From the NCBI GenBank assembly GCA_047495785.1, contig JBLDXI010000019.1, positions 2,666,001 to 2,730,000 of the forward strand: a DNA stretch of 64,000 nt. Direction: 5' to 3'. The notes beneath the pieces were generated by a model, which saw only the letters and a list, made by a program, of their open reading frames with translations, was not told the DNA's origin and searched no databases. The position numbers were made by a program, and so were the translations under genes. Below, piece by piece: positions 1 to 12,479 of the stretch (the first letter of the stretch is position 1; each line of letters starts with the position of its first letter). This stretch comes from Lepidodermella squamata. Taxonomy: Eukaryota; Animalia; Gastrotricha.

Positions 1-1698
1 TTCTCAACTACGGTATGCTATGAACTGTCCAACTATGAGGCAAAATTATTATCATTCAATCCTAGGATTTTTCAAGTTTTGAAATTTTTGTTTAAATTTT
101 TGAAATATTTTTTGAAAATTAAAACAATTTTAATTTTAAATTATTTTAGGGATCAATGGAAGGTCAGTACTACATGAAGACGAAGAAGCTGGTTTCGCTT
201 TCGGAGCAAAATTTGATCGATTGCTCGCAAAAGTATGGCAACGAAGGCTGCAATGGCGGCATTATGGACGAAGCTTTCCAGTACGTCAAGGAAAACGGAA
301 TCGAGTTCGAATCCGATTATCCTTACGAAGGCCGCGATGGCAAGTGCCGTTTCGACAAAAGCAAGGCTCTCGATGCTAAAGTGACGGCCTACGTCGACAT
401 TCCAAGCGGTGATGAAGCTGCTCTGGCTGAGGTTAGACCTAAATAGGAATAGGATAGGACCTTTGAACCCTTCGAACTAAGTTCGAAAATCTGGTTTTAA
501 AGGCCAGGAGTAATTTCTTGTTAATAGATCAGTGACCTAATTTCTCGAAAAGCTGAATCTTATCGTGATTGGATGAGAAGACCAGTGAGTGAGGAAAATT
601 ACAGCGAAATTTACAAATTGATGCCCAAAATGTAAAAATAATCTAAAATTAGATGAAAAATAGCGAAATTGGTAGCTTTCATTGAGAATCAAGCTTTCAT
701 TTGAAAATCATATCTCTAAATTTGGCATCTAATTTTCTGATGCTAATTTTAACTTTGACCTGAATTCTGGGGACATGTGACGAGGTAGGAATTCCCAAGA
801 CTAAATTAAAATTAAATTAAACACTTCGAAGTTTGCTCTATGACACTCCATTCGGGGGCTATTGCCAGCTTAAAACTGAAAGGAAAAAATTTATTGAAAT
901 TTCGAAATTCGTTAAAATTGCAGAAAATAGGATCCATGATTGTCTAAAAATACGTATTTTGTTGATCAGGATGGTCCATAAGTTGCAAAAATCTTTCGGC
1001 GACCATTCATCCATTTTTTTAATTGATTCTATTAAGGAAATCCCTACCCGTTAGCCGCGATTTCATCAAAAAAGTACCCGACGGTAACTACTTCGGAAAT
1101 TATCGGTATTTTCGTGATGCTAAGATTCATAGCTGCGGCCAATCAGATAGGGCATTGGTGTATTTCCATTGGTTTCGTTCTCATGGGAGATTGTTTAGGT
1201 TTGAGTAGGAAAGGCCGCTTCAGAAAACAGCAATATACAAAATAATCAGCTTCACAATTGAGAAATTTTCTTTCAAAATTAATTCCCCATCTAGGCTTTG
1301 ATTTTCGCGAAATCAAGCAATTTTCGGTTTTAATTTGTTTTTGAATTTATCAGGCCCTTGCTTTCTATGGCCCGATTTCGGTCGCCATCGACGCCTCACA
1401 TCAATCGCTGCAGTACTACACTGAGGGTGTCTACGCCGAGCCGAAATGCGGCAACACTACAGAGTCGCTGGACCACGCCGTGCTGCTCGTCGGCTACGGC
1501 ACGGACGCGAAGACGAAGCAGGCGTACTGGCTGGTGAAGAACAGCTGGGGCGAGCGGTGGGGCGAGAAGGGCTACGTGCGCATCGCCCGCAACGCCGACA
1601 ACAAGTGCGGCATTGCGACGATGGCGTCGTTCCCGCAGCTCAAGGTGCGCGCCGACTACGACACCAAGTCAGACGACAACGACATGGTCACCTTCTAG
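1..1698 (+). CDS. CTSL: Cathepsin L-like papain-family (C1A) cysteine protease, 5'-partial; exons <1-12, 150-431, 1354-1698
   Basis: Spliced translation FSTT|GSMEGQ...LSEQNLIDCS...GCNGG...|ALAFYGPISVAIDAS...LDHAVLLVGYG...YWLVKNSWG..WGEKGY. Catalytic His and Asn motifs present, phase-0 GT-AG introns, AATAAA at 1717-1722. Symbol is family-level only. Confidence 0.95.
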
Positions 1699-2627
1699 AT
1701 TCTTATTTGAACAACAAATAAATTCAGTCAGAACATCAAACGCTCAAGTTTGTAATTAACTTTTGCTGAAACTAAGTTTTAATTATACTATCTGGTATGA
1801 TGATTATTATATAAGACAACAGCTGTACTTTTCGACATTCGAAACTTTATTATCGCAAGTGAAAAAATGAGGAAAATAAAATTATCTGCATTTTTTAAAA
1901 TGAGGAAAATCGTTGATGCCAATAAAAGGAGAAGACGGTCGAAATTTAGAACGGCAGATCTTCTATGCCACCAAAAACGATGGCATAGAAAATTCGATGA
2001 TCAAATTTTAGAAAACATTGGAGCGAAGCCAAACTGAGCAAAATAGCCTTAGTTTTTTTCAATATCGGAATTGGAAAAATTTGTCTTGATCGATTAACCA
2101 ATTATCGAAAGCTGAATCAGCATTATGGGAGCCGAAATTAATTGGGAGATAATAAGAAATTAATTCCTAATTTTCCCCAATTTAGGATCCCTAAGAAACA
2201 GATCCAGATTTCGAGGGTTCGAAAGCCGGTTTGCTCAGTTTGCACGCGTCAATTCCGCCGAATTCGCAAAATCTTTCAATAAATTTCGCTGAAAATTGTG
2301 TTTCCTCAAATAAAGAAATAAAGGAACATTTTTCAAAATATTCATAAAATATAAAATTTCATATGTTTTTTGAATATTCAGAATTTTGGAAAAATTCAAA
2401 TAATTTTTCTACATTTTTGGAATTTTTCATTTTTGAATTTTACGCAATTTTTAGTTTAATTTCGTAATTTCATGCCGTTCAAAATTTCAGACCTCTCCGT
2501 CAAAAAATGCAAGTAAAAAAGACGAGATTTTTTACTAACTAGCACAAACATTGTGATTATCGAGATGTATACCAAAAAAAGCACTGCAGATGAAATAAAA
2601 TGAGGCGAAATTCAAAGGCAATCTCGG

Positions 2628-3050
2628 TCACCTGATCACGTCGAGTTTAAGGAGAATGAGACAGCCGACAATAGCCGCGACTATGCTCAACACAAGCAGC
2701 ATGCCAAAAACCGCCGCACTCAGCTCGCGCCATTTTTTCGGCTTCTTCAACGGCCGCCTCGCCGCCGATGGGATGGTAATATCGTCCAGGTACTCGTTAT
2801 CGTCCGATGTCGCTGAATCGGACCTGCGTAGAATTTCACGCGCCAGCGAGTTGCCGTCACGGTCTGTGCTCACGCGTATCGAGCTCAGAAGCGCCTCGTT
2901 TTTTGCGATTCGCTCAGCGTCGTCGTCGTCATTTTCCGCCGTTACCAGAACGCGAATGTGTTTCTCGAATTTTACCCGCGATTTGTCACCGGGCTGATCG
3001 GGTTTGTTGTCGTTCGGAGTTGTGATCAACACATCTTCGAGTTCAGACAT
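2628..3050 (-). CDS. Unknown protein with acidic N-terminal region, basic patch and one C-terminal hydrophobic helix (tail-anchored or type II membrane protein exon)
   Basis: GC-rich ORF in AT-rich flanks; ATG at 3050 after a ttttag acceptor at 3075; KKPKKWR then AAVFGMLLVLSIVAAIVGCLILL. A CAG|GTGA donor-like site overlaps the stop, so the gene may continue. Confidence 0.55.
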   Translation of the reverse strand: MSELEDVLITTPNDNKPDQPGDKSRVKFEKHIRVLVTAENDDDDAERIAKNEALLSSIRVSTDRDGNSLAREILRRSDSATSDDNEYLDDITIPSAARRPLKKPKKWRELSAAVFGMLLVLSIVAAIVGCLILLKLDVIR

Positions 3051-4360
3051 TTTCGGCAATATTCAATAACAGCCCTAAAAAGATGGGAAAATGGGTTTTT
3101 AATATTTTTCAATTTTTCAATAAATTAAAATGCTATAAAAAATTAATTACAAAATTAATTAAAATGAATTTAAGGTCAGGAACTAAATTCGAAATATTAA
3201 TCAAGCGATTGCTAATTTATCATATTTTTCACAACGCAGAAACTTGAAAAATTCTGAATATTTTTTCGAAATTCTTTTTCTGAGAAGCAAATTTCACAGA
3301 TTCTATCTTTCAATTCAGGGTTATATTTTTGTAATTTTGAATTTCTTTCAGGAATTTTAACCATTATTTTGAAATTAAGCTTACAGGAAGATCTTCCATC
3401 ATTTGTCCACGAGTTTATCGAAAAATTATAAATTTAACGGGGAAAACCTGAAAACTCCGGATGGTAACTGGTTCGGTAATTTTCGGTTTTTCCTGGTTGG
3501 ATCAAAGTTCTTCGGATATTTCTTGCAATAGGACTTCCCCTATCATTATAGCGTTTCTGATCCCTCTTCCGTGTATTTCCTTCGTTTGCGTTAATTAATG
3601 GGACACGATTTTGAAGAATCCCCGGTATGAATAGGAATCTTTAAGAATCCAATGATAGAAATTGAAAAAGAACCAAAATAGCCCACAAAAATCATTGAAT
3701 TTAATATCAATTTTTTTAATTTCAGCTTTAAGCTAACATAAAATTAAAATTTAGAGTCACAAATCTTAGCAGGTGGTGAATTTTAACGGGTGAACGAGAT
3801 CGTTCAAAAAATGCTGAAAAAGTTATATAGGCAGTTGTAAAATTAAATTATTAGTTGGGGGTATGGCACGTGATGTAATTTTTCTCAATTGGCTGCCAGA
3901 GTTCACCATATCGAGGGAATTGATATATTTAAGCGAGATGAAAAAATAACGAATGGCCGCATTTTGTCTCTTTTACCGAGGCAACACCTACAAGAACACG
4001 CGCGCGCCTGTTTTTTTTATAGCTTCATTTTTTTGTTATCTTGCCGTATGATTTATTGATTAGGCGACGTATGCGGCGCAAAAAACACCGCATTGGTACT
4101 GGTGTTAATTTCCTATTCGTACAGTCAATAAAGGCGCATGGCGCCTATAGCGGCTAGGCCAGGGGCATGTTGGGCTGACTTATTGATATTTATGGCGTCG
4201 ATATATTGGCTTCAAGCCGTATGCCATTGACGTAAAGGTTCGACAAAATAATGTTCGAAAAAGAATGGACACGTAGAACGGTAGTTGATGAATGCAAAAT
4301 ATTCATAAAAAAATACCCTCCATAACAATATGAATCATGTTTGCCACCTAGTTTTAAATA

Positions 4361-4398
4361 AGGAAAGGAAAGGAAAGGAAAGGAAAGGAAAGGAAAGG
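4361..4398 (+). repeat. (GGAAA)n pentanucleotide microsatellite
   Basis: About 7 perfect units seen directly. Confidence 0.9.
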
Positions 4399-5388
4399 AT
4401 AATGAATATGAAAAATATAGCGAATTTCTGAAGTGGAAAATTGCTATTGGGAAATCGATAAATTTTCCAATACAACACCTCTGAATGGCCCAAACAATCT
4501 TCAAGACAAAGCCTTGACTATAGCAATCACCTGAAGTGCTTTGTTTACAGGACATCGGTGCATGTTGCCTTATACATGCTATTTAATCAGAATTAATAAT
4601 AACCGCGTATATCAAGTGGATGGAAAATAATTACGCTCGATATATGTTATATAAAGTAAAAAAGGTGGTGTGTACGCATTTTCACCCCAGTATTTTTTTA
4701 TCCGATCGATTTGTTTAATACCTCTAGGCTCTAGGCAGAGGAATTCTTATCATCATTTGAGCGCTGTAAGCGTATTGATGGGTAAAAAATAATATTTACT
4801 CGTCAGTTGATAGAAAAAAACCCGCATAGAAAAAAAACGGCGAGAGTAACTGAAAAGGAGTTGCCTTCTTACATAAACAAATCTCGTGTTGATTGTCCGG
4901 TGCCTTGGAAATATCCTCCCTTTTTCCCAAACCGCATGGAGCTGATAGCGTCTATCTGGATTTTAGACTATAGAATAAAAGGTTAAAATCAGGATAATTT
5001 TGAAAAAATCTACCGCGGCCTGTACGCATTTGCTACTTCCAATTTTGCAGCATTATCCCGATATTCTTAGATGCCGTATGAAAAAATAAATCGAGTTCAT
5101 AATCACGTTACGTCGGAAAATTCGATAAATTGCTATGCTCTCGCGCTGCCAATAAATGTTCTCCAGAATGAGATTCGATTCTCAATTTTTCTTCAGATTT
5201 CAAATCAAATTATAATACAAAAATAATTAAAAATTGGAGCTATTTGCTCGCCAAGTCGACTTTTCCCTATTTTTCGAGGTATCATTTTTGTATAAGTCTG
5301 GGTTAGTATTTCGGTAACTACGGTACTTATCATCGCCCTATAAAACTTGGAAACAGTTAACACCTCATACTTACTCATGACCCTGACG

Positions 5389-5661
5389 TAGAGCATCCCG
5401 CTCTGAATTCGACTATTTTTGGGGTTTTCCTACTTTGCCAACCACGTGAAATTGTAGAAAATATTCGGCAAATACAGAATTATAGAGTATTTTTGGGCTT
5501 TGGGCTATCGAATTGACCGGGGTCATCGCTAGACTGAGAAACTGGCGATTTCTTATACCAAATTTGTCAGGAAGCATATTCAGATGTGTCGAATAAGAAC
5601 CCAGAAGTGCCGGAGTTGGGTCGCAGCGGCCGAACATAGGACGTTGCCGAATTAGGGCATC
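5389..5661. mobile_element. MITE-like dispersed repeat, copy 1
   Basis: Starts TAGAGCATCC.GC.CT.AATTCG and shares AAATATTCGGCAAATAC.GA.TTATAGA...TTGGGCTATCGAAT with 15841-16130; right end GTTGCCGAATTAGGGCATC is an imperfect inverted copy of the family's left end. Confidence 0.6.
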
Positions 5662-5829
5662 TTATAGCAAATCAGGAGTTGAACAGAATTACTGCGCGAA
5701 GTGCGAGCGCGAATTCGGCGATGGCCGCGGCATAGCCCAACACAAATAGGCTATGCCGCGGCCATCGCCAATGTATTAAAAACTGCAAGCCGAAGTCGGC
5801 CGAAATGCGACGCAATTAGGTTAACACCG

Positions 5830-6115
5830 AGATTTTACCAAGACAGCGTTTACGGACGTTGTTCACGCGAACAACGGCGTGGAGGGCCGCTACAACCGTG
5901 CCGCGCGTTGTTGTCACCTTGCCTTTTGGCGGTTTTGTCACCTTATCATCACCATCGAAGACCATACAGATAGCGATTTGCTACTGCAAGAGGCCGGGCA
6001 GCAGATCAAGAAGAATACGGCGAGATACCGCCGAATCGACGCCGCTATCAAGAAAATTACGGCGAAATACTCGAAGAAGCGCGCGGCTCTTATTGACGAC
6101 GATGATGGCTGTTAA
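5830..6115 (+). pseudogene. Degenerate C-terminal fragment of a MULE-type transposase
   Basis: SVYGR in one frame, then NNGVEGRYNR...CHLAFWRF...AGQ..KK..RYRRIDAAIKKITAKY in another; resembles the (R)TNNxxEGWH...HPxxWxF tail of MULE transposases. Frameshifted, no ATG. Confidence 0.6.
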
Positions 6116-6977
6116 AAAATTAGCATTTAATACGCTTATTCGTTTTGAGTACTATTTTCATGACATGAATCGCCTAGTATAATCGCCATAATAAGGTTAA
6201 TGAATAGCGCAAAAAAGGCACGATGCAAGCTTCCCCAATAATAAGCAATTTTGTTACTAATGGTTCTGGGTAAACTTGAATAAAATCTGCAGATTTGGAA
6301 GCGGATTAGAGGGAAATGCGTGCGTAACGGCTCAATTGCATTTTGGAGTGAGTTTTACACATTGGTAAACTTGCATTGGGAAACTTGCATTGGGAAAGTT
6401 GAAGACACCCTAATATTTCTTAAATATTTCTATTTTTTACAATTTTATTCAAAAATCCGTTTCAACTCATGGCTTTGGGTTTGTTTAGGCTTTTCCTTGT
6501 CATTGAAAATCTTCTCACCTCTTGGCATTAAAGTTTAAGCCTTCAAAGAAAGATGTTTAACTTCGAGGTGAATGTGACCAGCTAATTCCTATTCCATTTT
6601 TTTGAACTTGGAAAAACAAAGAAAAAAGACTCGAGGTTGTTTGTATGATGATGTTGATGATGTTTGTAAAGATGATGACCTAGGGTGTTTGTAGCAGTTT
6701 TTTTTCTTGGCGCAGCGAACTAGGTATAGCCAACACGTGTTAGCCCATGCGAGCCGGAGAAGATGGTAAATTCTAGAAAATTCAAGTATATGTGAATTGG
6801 CCTCGAAAGCTCAGACCGCCGGCAAATGAAAAGCGCAAGGTGTAATTACGCCAACCCACTCGGTCACGAATTTTACTGCCGTGAATGGTATTTAAACACC
6901 CTGCGGTATAGAACCAGAAGTGAAAAAAACCATCAATTTATTCTCTTGAAAAAATTGAATTTTTCTGAGCTATTAAA

Positions 6978-7342
6978 ATGCGCTCCATCACTGCTTCCAT
7001 GTTGGCCTTCGTCTTGATCGCCGTTTTCGTCATCTATTCCGACGCTGCTTGCACCGGCAAAGGCCCCGGAGGTGCTGCTGGAGGTAGCGAGGCTGGGTAA
7101 GGATTGTCAAAAAAAATCGAGATTTTATTAAAATTTTGAATTTTTCTAGCGGCAGCGCTCAGCTCGGCGCCGTTCAAGATGACGGTGATAAAGGCGACGG
7201 ACGGAGACGCGGCGATGGAAACTGGACGAAACCTGCCAACTGGACCAAGCCAGCTAACTGGACTAAGCCCGCCAACTGGACAAGGTCTGAAGGCTGGCAC
7301 CGCCGCCGCCCCAGCACTACGACCACAGAAGCTTCTAACTGA
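6978..7342 (+). CDS. Small secreted peptide precursor, paralog A (103 aa); exons 6978-7096, 7150-7342
   Basis: Signal peptide MRSITASMLAFVLIAVFVIYSDA, Gly-rich segment, AQLGAVQ shared with paralog B, (NWTKPA)x3-NWTRSE, GWHRRRPSTTTTEASN*. Phase-2 53-nt GT-AG intron. Confidence 0.85.
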
Positions 7343-8041
7343 GCACGATCATAAGAACAAGTTTTGTCCGGAACAAAATTGTCTGAATCGCCTTTCACTC
7401 TACTATTATAAAGAAAAGTAAATATACTTTAAATGATGCCAAAACTATGCGCTTTTTGAACCCAGTAATATTTGAAATTCCGAGTCGACAATAACTATAG
7501 CGTACATTTTCGCGGTAGGTTCGATTTAAAAAAATCAGTTGAATTAGGCAGTCGGTTAGGCTCGATGTACAAACAAAAAATTGTGATTCAAAGGATAGCC
7601 AGACACCTTGGGCCAAAAGTTGGGAAAATTTGATGCTCGAACCCTCTCATCTTTTGGTAATGAGCAATGGCTTAATGATTTTCCAATAATTACTGAAATT
7701 AAATTTAAATGGGGCGTAATATTCGCACTTCAATAAGTACGCGTTCATCATACTTCATTTGTTAAGGAAAAGTGATTCCATTGGATGCATTTTTAGGTAA
7801 CCTTTGAACTTTGAAGTAAGTGGAACTTTTCACAAAGGTCAGGAATTCAAATCAAACAAAGATCAGCTTTTTCAGAGCAGATAAGATAAGACCAGATCCT
7901 ATTATTTCCAAGTGAGCCTTGGCCTTGCCAATGCTGGAACCCATTCTCGAATAGTACGAATAGATGAGAATGAGGAATTCTTGAAGTGCGAATACCCACT
8001 CCGTTTATTGAAAAAATAAGAACTGTCGCCTTTATTAATCT

Positions 8042-8566
8042 TTAGCACCCGAACCCGCACCCGAAGCTGCCGAAAATATTTGCAAAAAATCGTTTAACAG
8101 GCGACGAATTTTTCTTCCTCTTCGCCGCTGCTTGAGCTTCAAGAACCGCCTTAAGCACCGCAAATTCATCAACCCGGCTCGACTTCCGCCGGCCCGTTCT
8201 ACCGCTGACATTACTCATGCGTCTGCCGCCTCGACTCGCCCGCCTCAGCACCACTTTTCGCCTAGATTTTTTCACCTTGGCCAGCTTTTCGCGTCTTATT
8301 TCCGCCTGTTTGTTCTGCTCGGCGATTTGCGCCAGTTGGTTCGATTGGAATTGAGCCCGCTTCTGCTGGTACTTGGTGCCGCCCTTATTTGCCCGTTTTT
8401 TCGCACCATTCGCCTTGTAGCTGACTAATGAGGTCAGCGAAGATGCGCCGCTCAAGGTCGGACTGTTATTGCTATGGTTATTACCATCTAGGCCGATTAT
8501 TCGAGCCAAGGTCGGCGAGAGAGGCTGAGCCTTCAAAATGAAGGTCTCATTAAACGCTAAATTCAT
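8042..8566 (-). CDS. Unknown Lys/Arg-rich basic protein (probably a terminal exon) ending in an amphipathic helix and CGFGC
   Basis: About 175-codon ORF with coding-like composition, two AATAAA signals on the minus strand just past the stop; true 5' end uncertain. Confidence 0.55.
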   Translation of the reverse strand: MNLAFNETFILKAQPLSPTLARIIGLDGNNHSNNSPTLSGASSLTSLVSYKANGAKKRANKGGTKYQQKRAQFQSNQLAQIAEQNKQAEIRREKLAKVKKSRRKVVLRRASRGGRRMSNVSGRTGRRKSSRVDEFAVLKAVLEAQAAAKRKKNSSPVKRFFANIFGSFGCGFGC

Positions 8567-9347
8567 CAAATTTTAATAAAAAATCGTAATTGAATATTTT
8601 TACGAGAGAGTGGAAAATTCTGGTTCTCTGCAAAAATCTAGATTTTTTGCCGCCAGCAATAACGCATGTAAATCGTTTGGAGTGGCGTCACCGCATAACA
8701 TCTGAACAAATATTTTTTGAAATATTTGCACGTTTTCGCGTCTGAATGCCGAGACGAATGAGTGAAGACTTTTTTACATGAAATGCCATCTTAAAAATGT
8801 CAAAAACTGAAAGGGCAAAATCTCCGGACAAATTCTTTTCTATGAAGAAACTTTAGGTGTAATTATAATTGAATTTCAGTGGAGCATCTCGCAAGGTCAT
8901 TGCACATGCAAATACAGGTGCCCGTATATAATATAATTACAACGTATTCTCTCGTATATTTGTGTTTAAACGTTTCATACATGTCTTCATACAAAAAATT
9001 GCGTTCTTTAAATTGCAATTTCAAGACGGGTCGAGTGGTGACTGGGATTTCTAACGAAATCCTATTTGCCACTGCTCAAAATTTGGGAAAATTCTTAAGG
9101 ATGGGTTAGTTGGGATCCCAAGGTGATGGGTGGTTCAGGGGCCTGGTGAGATGGGCTATGGGCGTTTTAAGCTGGTCCCACTTGGCAATCTGATGATCCC
9201 GTCGCCTGATCCGTCGTCTGTGATTTCACGATTACAGTGGCGCTGCAGGGACCGCACTTGATTGGTCCGATCGGCGCGGCTATCTGAGCCAAATGCCCCA
9301 GTAGGTTAGGGGGGGGGGGCGTTCTTTAGCATTTCGATGATCAATGG

Positions 9348-9393
9348 TTAGGGTTAGGGTTAGGGTTAGGGCTTGATTAGGGTTGGGGTTAGG
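9348..9393 (+). repeat. Interstitial telomere-like (TTAGGG)n tract
   Basis: Four perfect TTAGGG units (9348-9371) followed by degenerate units. Confidence 0.85.
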
Positions 9394-9932
9394 ATGAATT
9401 CCGGGATTTGGCAAAGTTTGATTATTGAGATCTGGTTCTTCACCAGAAACCGATTTCAACCGGGTGAAAAACTGCGGAACCCCATTTTATTATTTGTATG
9501 CCGAGAACTAGTTAATAGCCATTTCATCATTTCATCTACGATTTCAACAACAAATTTAATGAAAAAATATGTATGAAAATAATTAACAGTTCAAACATAA
9601 ATATATTTAACATAAATATCAAACATAAAGCGTGCTTTCATATTACGCAATTAAAGGGTCAACATGATGACAATTTCTCACAATTAGCAGGGACAGCGGT
9701 GATGAATCAGCAGATCCGGCCTGCCGGGGATTTCAGTAATTTTTCGGGAAATTTTGAAGCTACCCGATAGAGGAGGCGGATAATTTCAAATTTGCTGCGG
9801 GGAAAGTCCGCAGAGCAGGAAAATTAGGGATCCTTAATCCCACCTGTGCTTCACATTTCACGGTTTTTGAGCAAAGTTTTATTTTTAAATTTCAAAAAAC
9901 TGATTTTGTCCAACGTTAGGCATCTTAGTCTG

Positions 9933-10132
9933 GATTTGCAGTGTCAAAGTCCAACTACTTGTTGCTGGGTCGGTCGCGATAGTGGGGCTGGTCGGGTTGG
10001 TGGGTGTGATTTTTTTTCACACTATGTTAATCAATTGATAGAATCGCGTGCTGCCACGCCCCATTGATCCCATTGATGCTATCATATCGACCATCAGAGC
10101 AACACGTAGTTGGACTTTGACTCCGCAAAATC
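9933..10132. mobile_element. MITE-like element with ~35-bp inverted arms
   Basis: GATTTGCAGTGTCAAAGTCCAACTACTTGTTGCT versus AGCAACACGTAGTTGGACTTTGACTCCGCAAAATC. Confidence 0.65.
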
Positions 10133-10926
10133 CGGCCTAAATCCGTCACGTTTTGACGGTATCATCGAATTTCCACTTATAATTATGCTGAAATCATAAA
10201 AAAATGTATGGCTGAAATGAATAAAAAGATCCAGATCGAGAGTCTAATATCAGCCGAGATTCTCTTTAACGGCTTAATACCGTAGGATAGGAATATTTTA
10301 ACATAACCATGTTTTTCGAAGATTCAGTCGCAATTCAAAAAAATTAAAATAATAAAGAAAAAAGTGCGATTCTTGATTCTCGATTTACCACCGATTTGTT
10401 TTGGTGAGTTTACGATTTTTACCTGATTTTTGACGATTGAGAACATTATGTACATCAAAAGTTAAAAATTAAAGGGTGCTTTTGGACGCTGATCTGATCG
10501 TTTGATTGGGAAATTCGAGGGAACTTCGAAGTTCCACTTATGCTTAAAATATTAAAGAAAAATCAAGTATTTCCAGAAAGAATTTCGCCATTCGAAAGCT
10601 CAAAAATGTATGCAATAATCCCGTGTTCTCATCGTTCGAAGTTGCGCCTGCATGGCTCGATTGTCCAAGCAACCCTGTCAAAAATTACCATGCGCTATAT
10701 TTGATAACTTGTTCTTTTTAAGTTTTGTCATATTGACACGACTGCATCACGTGAGTGAAATCGTGCGCTCACGGCAGATGAGAAAAGGCCAAATCTTCTA
10801 GCGTTATAGGATGATTGTCCTACCCGACGTTGCCAGCTCGTCGTAACCACAAAAAGTTTAGGCCTTACTCTCCATACCACTCTGACACGACTAGATTCAC
10901 AATTCTTTTATTTGCCATGACTAGAG

Positions 10927-10947
10927 CACGACCCGAGCGCTATAAAA
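10927..10947 (+). promoter_or_regulatory. CACGAC-N8-TATAAAA core promoter of paralog B
   Basis: TATAAAA about 90 nt upstream of the ATG; same motif and spacing upstream of paralog C. Confidence 0.6.
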
Positions 10948-11033
10948 CACCCGAAATTTCGGGCTGTAAAATTAAGTATCGCAATTTCACTTTTTTGAAT
11001 CTTCATTGTATCAAATAAATCCCCTTGGAAAAT

Positions 11034-11518
11034 ATGCGTTTTATCACTGTTATTTCGCTCGCCTTCGTCGTCCTCAGCGTCTACGTCATCATGACAGAGG
11101 CTGGCAATGGCGGTAGGCGCGGCGATCATCAAGGTGGAAGCCAAGATGGGTATGCTTCATCAACTTTTAAAAAATAATATATGAAGAAATAATTATTTTT
11201 CAGCGGTAACGCTCAACTCGGCGCCGTGCAAGGTGGCAGAAGAGACTGGAACGGCACTCGGTAAGAACTCGCAGAAATAGCTGTAAAAAATTGGAAATTT
11301 CAAAATTGAATTTCAAAATTAAAAGTTTCTAAATTGGAAATTTTATTTTATTTTATTTTACAAATTTTAGCTCTGGAAACTACAACAAAACTGGTCACAG
11401 GGGAAATCGCACTGAAGGGTAAGGCTTCAAGCCGATATTTTGAGTCACTATGTAATTCTTATTATTTTTTCACAGTGGCTGGAAACGTCGCCACCCCACG
11501 ACTACAGTCGGCAATTAA
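11034..11518 (+). CDS. Small secreted peptide precursor, paralog B (87 aa); exons 11034-11149, 11204-11260, 11371-11418, 11476-11518
   Basis: MRFITVISLAFVVLSVYVIMTEA-GNGGRRGDHQGGSQDGGNAQLGAVQGGRRDWNGTRSGNYNKTGHRGNRTEGGWKRRHPTTTVGN*; three phase-2 GT-AG introns matching paralog C. Confidence 0.88.
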
Positions 11519-12479
11519 ATGGCCCAATTAGCGCCGCTACATCATTTTCTTTTTCTCTTTGTCCGGAACAAAAGCTGAAGAAGTTGTTTTCCTTTATAGG
11601 CTTGAAGCCTGTTAGCATTTAGAGGCTAATCACGTCCTTTGTTGCTTCAAGAACGCTACATTTGTATCAGAATCAATAAAACTACAGTATAATCTCTATA
11701 ATCCGGACACCTTCGGTCGCCTTTGAATTGTCCGCATTAGCGCGCTGTCCGTATTGAAAAAGTTCATTTCGAAAATTTTGAATTATTTTCAATTTCCTGG
11801 TCATGCAAAGGCCGCAATTTCATGTCATTTTCGTTCGACAAAAACGACAAAATGTGGCACGAGGCACGAGGTAACTCAGTCGTCTTGTACTTTCTCCCAG
11901 GTACTTTCGGCTTTTCTTGCTAAACTTGGACGTGGCTGATGCCAGAAACATGATCGATTGAGGTAGCTGTTTGCCATCTTGGAAGATATATGAAATGGCA
12001 CACCAGCCACTGCAATCTTGTTATGTATTTACAGATCCATAACGCCCAGAAGAGGCCTGTTCAGACATCTTGAGCCCTTAGACCGGAACATACTGAGGCG
12101 CTTATATCCTTTTCTAGGCCCTGGGGTGTGTTTTTTTAGTCCGGTCTGAAAGAAGATCAGTTGGTTGGACTATTTTTCCAAAAGTCTGAAAGCGTCATGT
12201 GCTGCACTTGCCGTGAAAAGGGTGAAAACCGAGAAGACCGTGTTGCCAAAACATCAAGTGAAAGGGAGTGGCTAATTATAATTATAATCAATTATAATTA
12301 GCTCGGAAATAACCAAAAATTGCGACAAATGCGTTCAAAAGAGCACGGATGTGGTCATATCATGTTTGGCCCAATGTGAGGTATTTTCAGGTTTTTCAAC
12401 TGATTTTTACTCAGATTTCGTATGAACTTGCCATTGTCGCAATTTTTGGTACTTTCCGAGCTAATTATAATTGATTATA

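Noticed and set aside
3060-3070. Selenocysteine recoding of the in-frame TGA (C-Y-TGA)
   Set aside because: No SECIS identified and no redox-fold context.
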